Source: Candidatus Eiseniibacteriota bacterium | GTDB lineage: Bacteria > Eisenbacteria > RBG-16-71-46 | Reading direction: 5' to 3' | Assembly (NCBI GenBank): GCA_963725865.1 | Contig: CAVSAC010000010.1 | Location: forward strand, 576,001-640,000 | DNA: 64,000 nt | Part shown: positions 40,371-52,051 of the stretch, piece by piece | Layout of the letters: every line of letters begins with the position of its first letter | How positions within the stretch are numbered: the stretch's first letter is position 1 | Made by a program: the position numbers and the translations under genes | Notes under the pieces: generated by a model | What the model saw: only the letters and a program-made list of their open reading frames with translations | What the model was told of the DNA's origin: nothing | The model's database searches: none

Positions 40371-42972
40371 GTGAACCGCACCCGCCCCGCGCTCCCGATC
40401 CTCCAGCCCACCGCACGCCTCCTCGCGATCGGCGCGCTCCTGGCACTCGCCGCGCGCGCCGAGGCGGCCAGCTGGCCGCGCGTCGGCCCACAGCCTTCGG
40501 TGGCCGGCGCGGCGCTGCTGCGCGACGAGGTCGCGCGCGGGGTGCGCGGCCCCGAGTGGCTCCAGCGCTTCCTGATCGAGTCAGACGATCCCGAAGCCGA
40601 CGCCTCGTCAGCGCCGCGCGATGCGACGACGCGCGAGCGGCTCGCCCCACCCGCGCACGCCGAGGGTCTCGCGACCGACGTGATCGTCAACGACCGCTCC
40701 GCCGATTTCCTGTGCGCCGGGCTGCAGCTTCCGCCCGGTCTCCCAGTCCGAGACCAGCATCGCGATGGACGGGCCGAGTCTGCTCGCGAGCTGGAACAAC
40801 GCGCGCGGCTTCTGCATGGGCACCGCGGTGCAGGGCTTCGGCTGGTCCGCCAACGGCGGGCTGACGTGGACCGACGGCGGCGATCCGGCGCCGCTGCCGG
40901 GGGGCGGCCGCTGGCGCGGCGATCCACTCACCGCGGTCGATCGCAAGCTCCACGCGTTCTACCTGGCCGGGCTCTACGAGGGCGGCGCGGCGGGCTCGGG
41001 CGTCATCGTCCGGCGCGGGCACATCGCGGGCGGCGTGTTCGTGACCGACGTCACGCGGCAGATCGCGTTCGGCGGCTCCAACTTCCTCGACAAGCCGTGG
41101 ATGGCCGTCGACTCGCTGACCGGCAACGTGTACGTCTCGTGGACCGACTTCCAGCTGATGGGCGGCGGCCAGATCGAGCTCCAGGTGCTGGACCCGGCGC
41201 TCAACGCGCTGGGCCCGATCCAGGTGATGAACGCGCCGGCGGCGAACGATCTCGTGCAGGGCTCGCGCCCCTGCGTCGGTCCCGACGGCCGGGTGTACGT
41301 CGTGTGGTACGAGTACGGCTTCCCGCTCAGCGTGATGAAGATCCGGCGCTCGCTCGACCATGGCGTCACGTTCGAGCCCGAGGTCGCGGTCGCGACGTTC
41401 TACGAGAACAGCTACAGCGGGGCGCCCGGCTATCGCCGCGGGTTCGCGCCCACGCTGCCCGGCATCGCGTGCGACGTCTCGAACGGGCCGTTCCGCGGGC
41501 GGGTCTACGTGACGTGGGACGAGACCCTCAACTTCTACGACGCGGCGTTCCCCACGACCCCGGTCCAGGTCGAGAGCGAATCGAACGACTTCTTCGCCCG
41601 GGCGACGCCGTTCACGGTCGGGACCGTGCTGCGCGGCATCGGCGGCGAGACCGCCGACGTCGACCTGTGGCGGTTCGAGGCCACCGCCGGCCAGACGTTC
41701 GTGCTGCGTACCGATTCGACGTCCACCAACATCGGCCTGATCGCACGTATCCTGTGCGCGGGCGACACCTCGACGTTCAACGACTACCGGATCCTCGCCT
41801 ACACCCTCGCCAATCCGCCGGCGCTGTGCTGGAGCGCTCCGGTGACGGGCACCTACTACCTGCGGCTCTCGTTCAGCTCGCCGGCGCCCGGGCCCTACAA
41901 GATGAGCACCACATTCGACGTCCCGGGCGCCGGCGACCGCGCGCGCGCCAATCGCGACCACTTCGTGGCCACGAGCGACGACGGGCTCACGTGGAGCACG
42001 CCGCGCCGGATGAACGACAACGCACCCGGCTCCGACGGCATCTTCGCCGAGATCGCGGTGGACGACCTCGGCCGCGCGCACTGCTACTGGCACGACTTCC
42101 GCGACGATCCGCTGTGCGGCGCCGAGTCGGTGGAGTACGTGACCTCCTCGGGCGACGGCGGTGTGACGTGGGGCACCAATCGCGCGCTCAGCGACGCGCT
42201 CTCGTTCTGGTCGTTCAACGCCTGCGGCTCCGCGAACCAGGGCGACTACCAGGGCATCACCGCCCAGGGCTCGCGCGTGGCGGCGCTGTGGGCGGACTCG
42301 CGCCTCGGCGACCCGGACGTCTGGGCCGAGGTCTCGGACCACCGCTCGAGCGTGGACTGCGCCGGCCCGTCGACCGTGCTCGCGGGCCGCGACACCACGC
42401 TGGCGGTCGCCGTCATCAACGACGGTTCGGTGGAGGAGACGCTCGGTTGGCAGGTGACGGACACGGACGCGTGGATCCAGTCGGTCACGCCGAGCGCGGC
42501 CGGGGTCGCGCTGGTGGGGCCCGGCGGCGGCTCGGTGCACCTGCAGGTCCATCTCCACACGCCGCCCGGCTGCGTCGGCACGTCCGATCGCGTGATCGTG
42601 CGGCAGTCGAACCTGCTGATCCCCGGCGAGGCCTCCGCCTGCACGCTGACCGTGAACTGCTCCGCCTCGGTCGGCGTCGAGGGCGGCCCGGTGGCGGCGC
42701 TGCGCTTCGACGCGCCGCGCCCCAATCCCAGCGGCGGCGACTGCCTGCTGAGCTTCGCGCTGCCCGCCGCGACGCGCGTGCGGCTCGCGCTGTTCTCGGT
42801 GAGCGGGGCACGGGTGCGCACGCTGGTGGACGGTCCGCTGCCGGCGGGCGAGGTGGCGCGGCGCTGGGACGGCCGCGACGACGCCGGGCGCACGCTGCCG
42901 CCGGGCACCTACTTCGCGCGGCTCGAGGCCGGCGCCGAGCGCCTGCGCCGCACGGTGATCCTCGCGCGCTGA
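40371..42972 (+). CDS. Secreted Asp-box (BNR/sialidase-like) beta-propeller protein with inserted PPC-like domain and FlgD-Ig/T9SS-like CTD; +1 frameshift near 40720
   Basis: GGAGG RBS and GTG at 40371; hydrophobic signal segment ending AEA; Asp-boxes SANGGLTW, SLDHGVTF, SDDGLTW, SGDGGVTW; ESESNDFFARATP..DVDLWRF; PRPNPS..WDGRDDAGRTLPPGTYFARL. Confidence 0.8.
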
Positions 42973-43039
42973 GGCGCGCGGCGAGCGCGCTGCGCCGCCT
43001 CGGCGCGCTCGCGGAGTCCGGAGCGCGGCGAGTGCGCCC

Positions 43040-43498
43040 TCACGGGCACGGCTCGCTCGCGTAGACGTCTCCGCGGTCTCCGCGCCAGCAGCGGAGCGCG
43101 CGATGCAGGGCCGTCAGGTGCCAGGCCTCTGCCGCGCGCGCGAAGCGCAGGCGGATCCACGAGCCGCGCACCGAGTCGTCGAGGTAGCCGTCCGCCACCA
43201 CGACGACGGTCGCCGAGTCGGGCGTCTCGCCCCCGGCGGCCTCGAACGTGATCGCGAGCCTGCGAGCGGAGCCCGGCTCGCCGGCGCACAGCTCGATCGC
43301 GATGCGGAGCGGGTCCCGTGCCCACGCGGCGCCGGCCCGCGTCGCGGCGTCGATGCGCGCGTTCAGCGTGTCCACGGCCTCGACCGAGAACGACGCCACG
43401 TGCGGCGCATCCGTCCGCTCGTCACGGCGCTCCGCGCGCGCCGGCGCCGCGATCGTCATCAGCGCGGCGATCGCCAGCATCCCCATGATCGTCCTCAT
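43040..43498 (-). CDS. Small secreted hypothetical protein
   Basis: Signal peptide ending ARA; DGYLDDSVRG..CWRG..SEPCP. Confidence 0.65.
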   Translation of the reverse strand: MRTIMGMLAIAALMTIAAPARAERRDERTDAPHVASFSVEAVDTLNARIDAATRAGAAWARDPLRIAIELCAGEPGSARRLAITFEAAGGETPDSATVVVVADGYLDDSVRGSWIRLRFARAAEAWHLTALHRALRCWRGDRGDVYASEPCP

Positions 43499-43587
43499 GT
43501 CCTCGCTTCCTTCGAAAGACTTCCGGGCCGGAGGCCCGCGCGGTCGTCGTGCGGGCTCCGGCCCGGAGATGCGGCGCGGGGCCGAGA

Positions 43588-44214
43588 CTACTGGTCTTCC
43601 TCCATCGGCTCGGCGCCCAGCTCGGGCTCTTCATCCGAGCGGATCTGGGGCCCTACCGCCTGCACGTGCAGGAACACCCACACGCGGCGCCAGTGGCTCG
43701 ATTCGTTGCGCGCGGTCACCGACACTCCGATGCGCTCCTGCCGGGGGCGCAGCGGCACACGGTACTGCACGCGCCACACGTTCGTGGTGGTGTCGAGCGC
43801 GAACGCCTGCGGGTCGTTGAGTCCGTCCGACAGCACGACCTGGTTGACGTCCTCGGTCCCGTGCACCGTGAACTTCACCACCTCGCCCGGGCTCACCGTG
43901 GTGTCCGGCACCGCGACGGCGAGGTCGGGCGCCACCGACTCGGGCGATCCGAGCTTGCGCAGTCGCGCGCCGAGCTGCGGAGTCTCGCTCGAGGCGGCGA
44001 CCGGCGTGCCGAGGTTGGTCGCCGGCACCGCTTCCGTGCTCGGCGGCGACGTCGCCACCGCCGCGGTGTGGTCGCTCGGGCTGCTCGACTGGCCACAGCC
44101 CGACACCAGCAGCGCGGCCGCGCACAGCGTCAGTCCCAGTCCACCCCACCATGCCGCGCCCACCAACCAACGGTCGCGAACGCGCGTGCCCACTGCTCCG
44201 ATCCTGGTGCTCAT
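43588..44214 (-). CDS. Hypothetical lipoprotein
   Basis: RBS GGAGGAG; lipobox VSGC; low-complexity linker followed by a beta-rich domain. Confidence 0.6.
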   Translation of the reverse strand: MSTRIGAVGTRVRDRWLVGAAWWGGLGLTLCAAALLVSGCGQSSSPSDHTAAVATSPPSTEAVPATNLGTPVAASSETPQLGARLRKLGSPESVAPDLAVAVPDTTVSPGEVVKFTVHGTEDVNQVVLSDGLNDPQAFALDTTTNVWRVQYRVPLRPRQERIGVSVTARNESSHWRRVWVFLHVQAVGPQIRSDEEPELGAEPMEEDQ

Positions 44215-44599
44215 CGCCTGGTTCTCCTCCGGCTGCGTGGTCGGTCCAGCCCGGTTCGCCGGCTCCGGTGGTGGCCCGCCCGAGCGGGCCAGTGGAGCCG
44301 GCTCGGGAGTCCGCGGGTGGCGTCTGCCGCCCTGCTGACCACTCGCTATCTCAAGCCGCGTGCCGCCTGGTCATCCCGCTGCCGCGCAACGCCTTGATCC
44401 AAACGCCTCGCTCGCCACGTCGAGCGAGTGTGTCAGCCTTGACACGGAGGCGGGCAGGCCGGAACCTGCCGGCGGGCTTCAACGTGAAGTCCACCAATCG
44501 CGACGCGGAGTGTGGCTCATCGGACACGGCGATCGTGGAGAAGGACACGCCGAGGGAGCGGGCCGCGCGCCGGCCGCGGCTGCCCGCTCGAACCGCCCC

Positions 44600-45820
44600 A
44601 TGAGCGCGGCCGATCGCCGGCGCAGGTCGCGCGCCGCGCGCGCGACCGAGCGCTGCAGCCCGTGGCGAATCACCAGCGCGCTGCTCTCGCTCGCGCTGCT
44701 CGCGCTCGCCACGTCCGCGCTCGGCGAGCCGCGCGAGCTGCCCGCGCACGTGGTGTGGACGCAGGCCGACCGCGTCTATCTCGCGAGTCCCGACTCCACG
44801 GCGCTCGCGCGCGGCGCGCGGCTCACGCTCCGGCAGGACGCGCGCGATCTCGCCACCGCCGAGATCACGCAGGTGATCGACGGCACGCTCGCGATCGCAC
44901 GCGTGAGCCAGGGCTCGCTCGCGGGCGTGACCGCGCTCGACCTGCTGCGCGTGCTCGCCGAGGCGCCGCGGCTCGCGCCGCCACCGCTGCTGCGCGTGGG
45001 CGTGCCGGCCGGCGCGCGCGCGAACCTCGCGATCGCGTGCGGCGCAGTCTCGCCCGCGGGCCCGCTCGCGAGCCTCGGCTACCAGGTCGAACCAGCGGGG
45101 GCGGCCGAGTGGCGCGGCGTGCGCACCGCGCCGCCCGACTCGACCGCGCCGTGGCCCGACACCTTGATCGTGCGCGCCTATCGCGTGGCGGCCGACGAGG
45201 AGATCGCGTTCGAGCGCGGCGAGCTGGACGTCGCCGTGTTCTGGCCCGGCGAGCTGTCGGCGCACCTGCGCGAGGACCCGCGCGGGCGCGGCGCACTGCT
45301 CGGCGCCCGCTCGCGCGGCGTGATCGCCGCGCTCCAGCCGGTCGCGAAGACCCCCGCGGACACCATCGGGGCGGACCGGCTCGCTGCGGCGATCCACGCC
45401 GACGGCCCGCTGGCGGCCCTCAACCCTCAGATGTTCGGCGGCGACCTGCTGCCCTGGGCCGACGTGGATTCCATCGGGCGGGCGGCCGAGGCCGCACTGC
45501 TCCACGGCCGGCGCGCTGGCGCCTCCGTCGCGGTGGACCCGGCGCTTCCCGGACAGAGCGTGCTGCAGCGATTCCTCGACCGCGACCTGCCCGCCTCGTT
45601 CCGCGGCGCCCCGCGCGCGGTCCACCTCACCATGCTCGACGAGCCGCTGCAGGCCGACTCGACGCGTCGCGCCACGTGGCGCGCGCACGGCGTCGTGCCG
45701 CTCTATGCGCCGCGCTGCCCGGTGGTGTGCGCATCCGACGTCCGCGCGGTGGTGCAGGCGCTGGGCGCGGAGGCGTTCGCCGACCTGCCCGCGTGCGCGG
45801 CGGCGCGGCGACGGCCATGA
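44600..45820 (+). CDS. Hypothetical exported protein coupled to the sensor kinase
   Basis: Hydrophobic signal segment; AFERGELDVAV resembles solute-binding proteins; ATGA overlap with the kinase; start codon uncertain. Confidence 0.55.
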   Translation: MSAADRRRRSRAARATERCSPWRITSALLSLALLALATSALGEPRELPAHVVWTQADRVYLASPDSTALARGARLTLRQDARDLATAEITQVIDGTLAIARVSQGSLAGVTALDLLRVLAEAPRLAPPPLLRVGVPAGARANLAIACGAVSPAGPLASLGYQVEPAGAAEWRGVRTAPPDSTAPWPDTLIVRAYRVAADEEIAFERGELDVAVFWPGELSAHLREDPRGRGALLGARSRGVIAALQPVAKTPADTIGADRLAAAIHADGPLAALNPQMFGGDLLPWADVDSIGRAAEAALLHGRRAGASVAVDPALPGQSVLQRFLDRDLPASFRGAPRAVHLTMLDEPLQADSTRRATWRAHGVVPLYAPRCPVVCASDVRAVVQALGAEAFADLPACAAARRRP

Positions 45821-47535
45821 ACTCGCTGCGCTCGCGGCTCATCCTCGGCTTTGCACTGGTCGCCGTCGTCCCGCTCACGATCGCGATGCTGCTGCTCGGC
45901 CAGCGCATCCAGGGCACCGTGCGCGCGCAGGCGGCGGCACGACTCGACGCCTCGCTCGGCCTGCTGCAGGCGCAGCTTGCGGCCGACGGCCAGCGCCTGG
46001 ACGAGAAGCTCGCGCTGCTCGCCGGCGACCCGCAGCTCAAGCGGCTCTACCTGATCGAGACCCCCACCGACCTCGACCTGCGCTCCTACCTCGCCGACCA
46101 GCGGTTCCTGCTCGACCTCGACTTCCTCGGCATCGCCGACACCAGTGGCCGCATCATCGCCGACGGCGCGCTGGCGCCGATCGCGCGCGCCAGCGCCACC
46201 CGCGAACCGCTGGCGCTCAGCGCGCTCGCGCCGGCCGCCGGCGCGGGCCCGCAGGTCGCGCGGCTCGCCGGCGTCGCCGCGCTCGCGCTGGATGTCAGCG
46301 CCCCGATCCTCTACCGCGGCGAGCGCGTTGGCGTGGTGCGCGGCGGCGTGGCGCTGGACTCCACCGTGCTCGCGCGCCTCAAGCAGACCACCGGCGTCGA
46401 CCTGGTACTGCGCGACGCGGGCGGGCAACTGGTGGCGAGCACGCTCGCGGACGGCGCCGCGCTCGCGGTGCCGCCCGGCGACGCGGCGGTGCGCGTGACG
46501 ATCGGCGGGCGCTCGTGGCTCGCGCGGCGCGTGGCGCTGGCGATCGGACCCGCGCCGCACGCCGAGATCCTCGGACTGTCCTCGACCGCGGCGGCCGACG
46601 AGGCGGTGGCGGCGCTGCGCACCACCTCGCTGCTGCTGGGGCTGCTCGCGGTCGCGGTCGCGATCGCGCTGGGCCTGGTGTGGTCGCACCAGGTCTCGCG
46701 CCCGGTCGAGCGGCTGGCGCGCTTCTCGGAGCGCATTTCGCGCGGCGAGTGGGACGAGCCGCTCTCGCTCGCGAGCGTGAACGAGCTGCAGACGCTGGTC
46801 GCCTCGCTCGAGCGCATGCGCACCGACCTGCGCGCCTACCGCGAGCGGCTCACCGCGAGCGAGCGCCAGGCGGCGTACGGGCAGATGGCGCGCAAGGTCG
46901 CGCACGAGATCAAGAACCCGCTCACGCCGATCGCGATCTCGGTCGCCGACCTCAAGCGTTCGTACGACCAGCAGCGGCCCGACTTCCCCGCGATCCTCGA
47001 GCAGGCGGTGCGCACCATCGGCGAGGAGGTCGAGGCGCTCAAGCGCCTGCTGCAGGAGTTCTCGGAGTTCGGCCGCTTCCCGAGCCCGCGGCTGGCGCCG
47101 TGCGACGTGGCCGCGCTGCTCGCGGACCTCGGCACGCTGTACGGCCACCAGGTGGCCGCCGGCCGGCTCGCGATCGAGCGCGCGAGCGGCGCCGACACAC
47201 TGCTCGCCGACCGCGACCAGCTGCGGCAGGTGCTCGTGAACCTGGTGCAGAACGGCCTCGACGCCGCCGGCGACGCGGGCCGCGTCACGGTGCGGGCGCG
47301 TCGCGACGGCGCGGCACTCGAGCTGGCCGTCGCCGACACCGGAGCCGGCCTGAGCGCCGAGCAGCGCGCGCAGTTGTTCGTGCCCGGCTTCACCACCAAG
47401 GCGCACGGCAGCGGACTCGGGCTCACGATCGTGGAGCGGATCGTGAGCGAGCACCGCGGCACCGTGCACGTCGAGTCCGCGCCCGGGCGCGGCACCACGT
47501 TCCTGATCCGACTGCCCATCGAGCGCGAGGGCTGA
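45817..47535 (+). CDS. NtrY-like HAMP sensor histidine kinase
   Basis: Two TM segments, HAMP region, H-box MARKVAHEIKNPLTPI, N-box QVLVNLVQNG, DTGAG, GSGLGL. Confidence 0.92.
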   Translation: MNSLRSRLILGFALVAVVPLTIAMLLLGQRIQGTVRAQAAARLDASLGLLQAQLAADGQRLDEKLALLAGDPQLKRLYLIETPTDLDLRSYLADQRFLLDLDFLGIADTSGRIIADGALAPIARASATREPLALSALAPAAGAGPQVARLAGVAALALDVSAPILYRGERVGVVRGGVALDSTVLARLKQTTGVDLVLRDAGGQLVASTLADGAALAVPPGDAAVRVTIGGRSWLARRVALAIGPAPHAEILGLSSTAAADEAVAALRTTSLLLGLLAVAVAIALGLVWSHQVSRPVERLARFSERISRGEWDEPLSLASVNELQTLVASLERMRTDLRAYRERLTASERQAAYGQMARKVAHEIKNPLTPIAISVADLKRSYDQQRPDFPAILEQAVRTIGEEVEALKRLLQEFSEFGRFPSPRLAPCDVAALLADLGTLYGHQVAAGRLAIERASGADTLLADRDQLRQVLVNLVQNGLDAAGDAGRVTVRARRDGAALELAVADTGAGLSAEQRAQLFVPGFTTKAHGSGLGLTIVERIVSEHRGTVHVESAPGRGTTFLIRLPIEREG

Positions 47536-47536
47536 C

Positions 47537-48886
<1,350 letters not shown>

Positions 48887-48904
48887 GCGCCGGCGCCGCG
48901 GCGC

Positions 48905-49111
48905 TCAGTCGCGCCGACGACGCGACGCCAGGCTCAGCAGCATGCAGCCGATCGCCACGCCATACAGCAGCCCCGACGCCGCGTCGAGCGCATCCGTCGG
49001 CAGCTTCGCGCCCAGTCGCGGCAGCCAGCGCGACAGGCTGGCGAGGATCAGGAACGACAGCCCCACGCGCATCCGGATCGTGGGGTCCTTCAGCCTGGCT
49101 CGGACGCTCAT
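48905..49111 (-). CDS. Small two-TM membrane protein
   Basis: RBS GAGGAGG; MSVRARLKDP..GLLYGVAIGCMLLSL. Confidence 0.6.
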   Translation of the reverse strand: MSVRARLKDPTIRMRVGLSFLILASLSRWLPRLGAKLPTDALDAASGLLYGVAIGCMLLSLASRRRRD

Positions 49112-49131
49112 GCGGATCCTCCTCTCGGGGT

Positions 49132-49347
49132 TCAATCGGTCAGGACGTACCACGCCATCAGCGAGAGCTTGACCGCGACGAACACGACGGCGATCGCGAG
49201 CAGATCCCAGCTCCAGACGTGGTCGACGACGTGGCGGTACTCGAACAGGACGATCGCCAGCACGCCGCTGGCGATGCCCGCGACGCTCGAGGACCGGCGT
49301 CGGTGGTCGAGGAAGCGTTCGTCGACCAGCTTGCTCAGGAAACTCAT
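49132..49347 (-). CDS. Small two-TM membrane protein
   Basis: ATGA overlap with the HTH gene; VDERF followed by two hydrophobic segments. Confidence 0.7.
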   Translation of the reverse strand: MSFLSKLVDERFLDHRRRSSSVAGIASGVLAIVLFEYRHVVDHVWSWDLLAIAVVFVAVKLSLMAWYVLTD

Positions 49348-49553
49348 GATCTGCGCTCCAGTTTGAAGATCTCGTCGGTGGAGCAGGCGAACACCCGTGC
49401 GAACGCCAGCGCCAACTCGAGGCTCGGGACGTAGCGGTCACGCTCGATCGAGTTGATGCTCTGGCGCGACACGTGGACCGCGTCCGCCAGTTGCTGCTGC
49501 GTCCAGCCCCGATCGAGGCGCAGCTCCTTGACCCGGTTCCGTATCGTCGCCAT
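49344..49553 (-). CDS. XRE-family HTH transcriptional regulator
   Basis: NRVKELR..WTQQQLADAVHVSRQSINSIERDRYVPSLELA. Confidence 0.92.
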   Translation of the reverse strand: MATIRNRVKELRLDRGWTQQQLADAVHVSRQSINSIERDRYVPSLELALAFARVFACSTDEIFKLERRS

Positions 49554-49603
49554 GACAAGCTTACTTTCCATCAAGGAGACGGGCGTGTCAAGCCAACTTG
49601 TCA
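49553..49603 (-). promoter_or_regulatory. Promoter with two palindromic operators for the XRE operon
   Basis: TGACAAG-N4-CTTTCCA (49553-49570) and TGTCAAG-N4-CTTGTCA (49586-49603); perfect TTGACA on the minus strand at 49591-49586. Confidence 0.65.
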
Positions 49604-49793
49604 CGCAGATCGGCGGCGTGGATGGCCGAAGCGGGCCGCGGCGTCGGTCCGCGCGCGACGATCCAACCGCGAGTCGACGCGCGGTCTCCCCCTGTCACCC
49701 TGTGACGTGACAGAGGTGACAGGGTAACGATCCACCTCCCGCCGTCACGCTGAACTCGGGCCCATTGGCGCGGCAATCGCGTTGGTGCCCGCG

Positions 49794-49809
49794 TGGCACG
49801 CGCGATGCT
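49794..49809 (+). promoter_or_regulatory. Sigma54 (-24/-12) promoter
   Basis: TGGCAC-GCGCG-ATGCT against consensus TGGCAC-N5-TTGCW, about 78 nt upstream of ATG 49887. Confidence 0.6.
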
Positions 49810-49886
49810 GTGACCTGCTGTAAGTCTCCTTCCTCCCCTCGACTTCACCCGACCGGGAGGGCCGCCACGAGCGGCGAGGAGGCCAC

Positions 49887-50918
49887 ATGCGAGCTGCGGT
49901 ACTCGTGTACGGGTTGGTGATCCTGTTGAGCAGCGCGACGGCCGGGGCCGCCGGTGACCGATCGAACCCGATCGACAATGTGAGGCAGGCCGTCGCGCTG
50001 AAGGCAGGCATCGTCGCGAGCGGGAACGACCTGCACTTCCGCTGCGGATGCGCGTGCCCAGTGATTGCGTTCGACTCAACCGCCGAGCCGACGTCCCCGA
50101 TACCCGCTCCCCCGAGCGCGGATCCGGTTGGAGCCGTGCGGGCGCTGGTGGGGGCGTTCGGCCGGCGGTCGGAGCCCGCGTACGCCGGCCTCATGACCGA
50201 CGACTTCCTCTTCGGCTCCGACGACCCCGCGTTCCAGACCAGCTTCCCCAGCGGCATGTCGCGCGAGGCGGAGCGCGCGTTCGCCACCCATTTGTTCGAG
50301 GGCGGCGGGAAGGCGCCGGATGGCCACGCGCTACCGATCGCCGCGCGTGTCGACACCTCGATGGGAGCCATCACCCTGATTCCGCTGGGCGCCGATCTCG
50401 CGCAGGCGCGGGTGGTCCTGCACGACCTGAGGGTGCTCGTCACGTTCGTCGACCGCACCACACTCGACCTCGGCGGCACGCAGAACGTGATGGACCTGGT
50501 GCTCACCGAGTCCGGGTGGCGCATCCGGCGCTGGCTCGAGCTCCACGCCACGGCCGCGGTCGCCGACTCGCTCGCGCAAAGCCTCGGGCAGGCGACCCCG
50601 AACCGCGTTCCGCCGCGCGGACCGCTGCGCCCCGGCGACGCGCCGGACGCCGCGCTGCCCACCCGGCTGGCGCTGGCGGTGCGTGGCGACCGCACGAGCG
50701 ATGCGCTGGTGTTCGCGGTCGAGCTGCCGAAGCCGGGTGGCGCGTTGGAGCTGTTCGACCTGCAGGGCCGCCGCCTGATGCGGCGCGACTTGACGGCCCT
50801 CGGCGCCGGCCGCCACACCGTGGCGCTGGAAGGCGCGCAGTGCCCCGCGGGCATCTACTGGGCGCGCCTACGTCAGGCCGGAGAATCCGCCACGGCGAAG
50901 GCGGTGTGGGTGCGCTGA
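49887..50918 (+). CDS. Secreted protein with SnoaL/NTF2-like domain and T9SS-like CTD
   Basis: GAGGAGG RBS; signal peptide; AYAGLMTDDFLF..GWRIRRWLE; LELFDLQGRRL..PAGIYWARL. Confidence 0.7.
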   Translation: MRAAVLVYGLVILLSSATAGAAGDRSNPIDNVRQAVALKAGIVASGNDLHFRCGCACPVIAFDSTAEPTSPIPAPPSADPVGAVRALVGAFGRRSEPAYAGLMTDDFLFGSDDPAFQTSFPSGMSREAERAFATHLFEGGGKAPDGHALPIAARVDTSMGAITLIPLGADLAQARVVLHDLRVLVTFVDRTTLDLGGTQNVMDLVLTESGWRIRRWLELHATAAVADSLAQSLGQATPNRVPPRGPLRPGDAPDAALPTRLALAVRGDRTSDALVFAVELPKPGGALELFDLQGRRLMRRDLTALGAGRHTVALEGAQCPAGIYWARLRQAGESATAKAVWVR

Positions 50919-50996
50919 GCCAGGCAGACCCGCGCGACCCGCAGTGCGGGCCGCGGGACGTCGCTCCATGGGGAACGGCGCCCCTCCCTGGTTCGC

Positions 50997-51812
50997 TCAT
51001 CGCTTGCGCGCGATGATCTCCAGCACGGTCGGTGTAGTGAGGAACGCGCCCGGCGTGATCTCGGTGGTGTCGAACGCCTGCTTCATCAGCTCGGCGCGCT
51101 CGCGGTCCACGCGCCCGAGGTCGACCAGCCGCTCGAGCCCGGTGTCGACGAACGCTTTCGGCCATTGCCACACGAAGTCGCCCGGCCGCGCGACCTCGAT
51201 GATGGGTTCCATGCGCACGATCTCGAAGTCGAGCGCTTCGAGCCAGCGCGGCAGGTCGAGCGCGATGTCGGGCTCGCCGCCGCTCGCGCGCCACGACGCC
51301 ATCACCTCGCCCACGAACTCCTCGAACACCTCGCTGCGCGGCGACAGGCGCCATGCGCGGTAGTCCACGTACTCGTGCAGCACCATCGTGCCGCCCGGCC
51401 GCAACGCGGCTGCGACGCGCTCCAGCAACTGGCGCGGCTCGCGCACGAACGCGTACACCCAGCGCGACCACGCGCCGTCGGCGTGCAGGGCGGGCAGCGG
51501 CTGCTCGTCGAGGTCCAACTCGCGCACGTCGAGGTTCGCGAGCCCGCGCGTGCGCGCCGCCGCCTCGAGCGCGTCGAGGAAGCGCCGCGAGCGGTCGACC
51601 GCCACCACGCGCCCCGCCGGGCCCACGATCTCGGCCAGGTCGAGCGCCGCGTAGCCCGGCCCGCAGCCCACGTCGAGCAACGTCTGCCCAACCGTGAAGC
51701 CCGCGCGTCGCCACGCCATGCTCGCGCGCGGGCGCCACACTCGATGCTGGAGCCCCAGGCGCTCGAGCTCGGCGTCGTGGGTGCCGAGGACGTATTCGCG
51801 TTCGGTGGACAT
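50997..51812 (-). CDS. Class I SAM-dependent methyltransferase
   Basis: YVLGTHDAELERL; LLDVGCGPG; LRPGG. Confidence 0.9.
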   Translation of the reverse strand: MSTEREYVLGTHDAELERLGLQHRVWRPRASMAWRRAGFTVGQTLLDVGCGPGYAALDLAEIVGPAGRVVAVDRSRRFLDALEAAARTRGLANLDVRELDLDEQPLPALHADGAWSRWVYAFVREPRQLLERVAAALRPGGTMVLHEYVDYRAWRLSPRSEVFEEFVGEVMASWRASGGEPDIALDLPRWLEALDFEIVRMEPIIEVARPGDFVWQWPKAFVDTGLERLVDLGRVDRERAELMKQAFDTTEITPGAFLTTPTVLEIIARKR

Positions 51813-52051
51813 TCGACCTCCGGGTCATGAGGATCCGCGCTGCGGGTGAATGACGCGAGGCTAGCATCCCGGCGGCACCGGGACCGGTCGATTCCGGAAG
51901 TGGAATGCGGGCCGCCGGCGCCCCGCGGATCGACTCGCGCCGCGGAGCATCCAAGGCCGAGTGGCGCGGCGGCCCGGCGAGGTTGCGCGGCATTCCGAGG
52001 GCAGTGCCGATCCGGCCCCACGTGACCCCGAACATCAGATGAGGAGGCGGT

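Noticed and set aside
37377..43064. 1895-aa plus-strand ORF
   Set aside because: Off-frame read-through; only about 40371-40720 is real, being the N-terminus of the frameshifted Asp-box protein.
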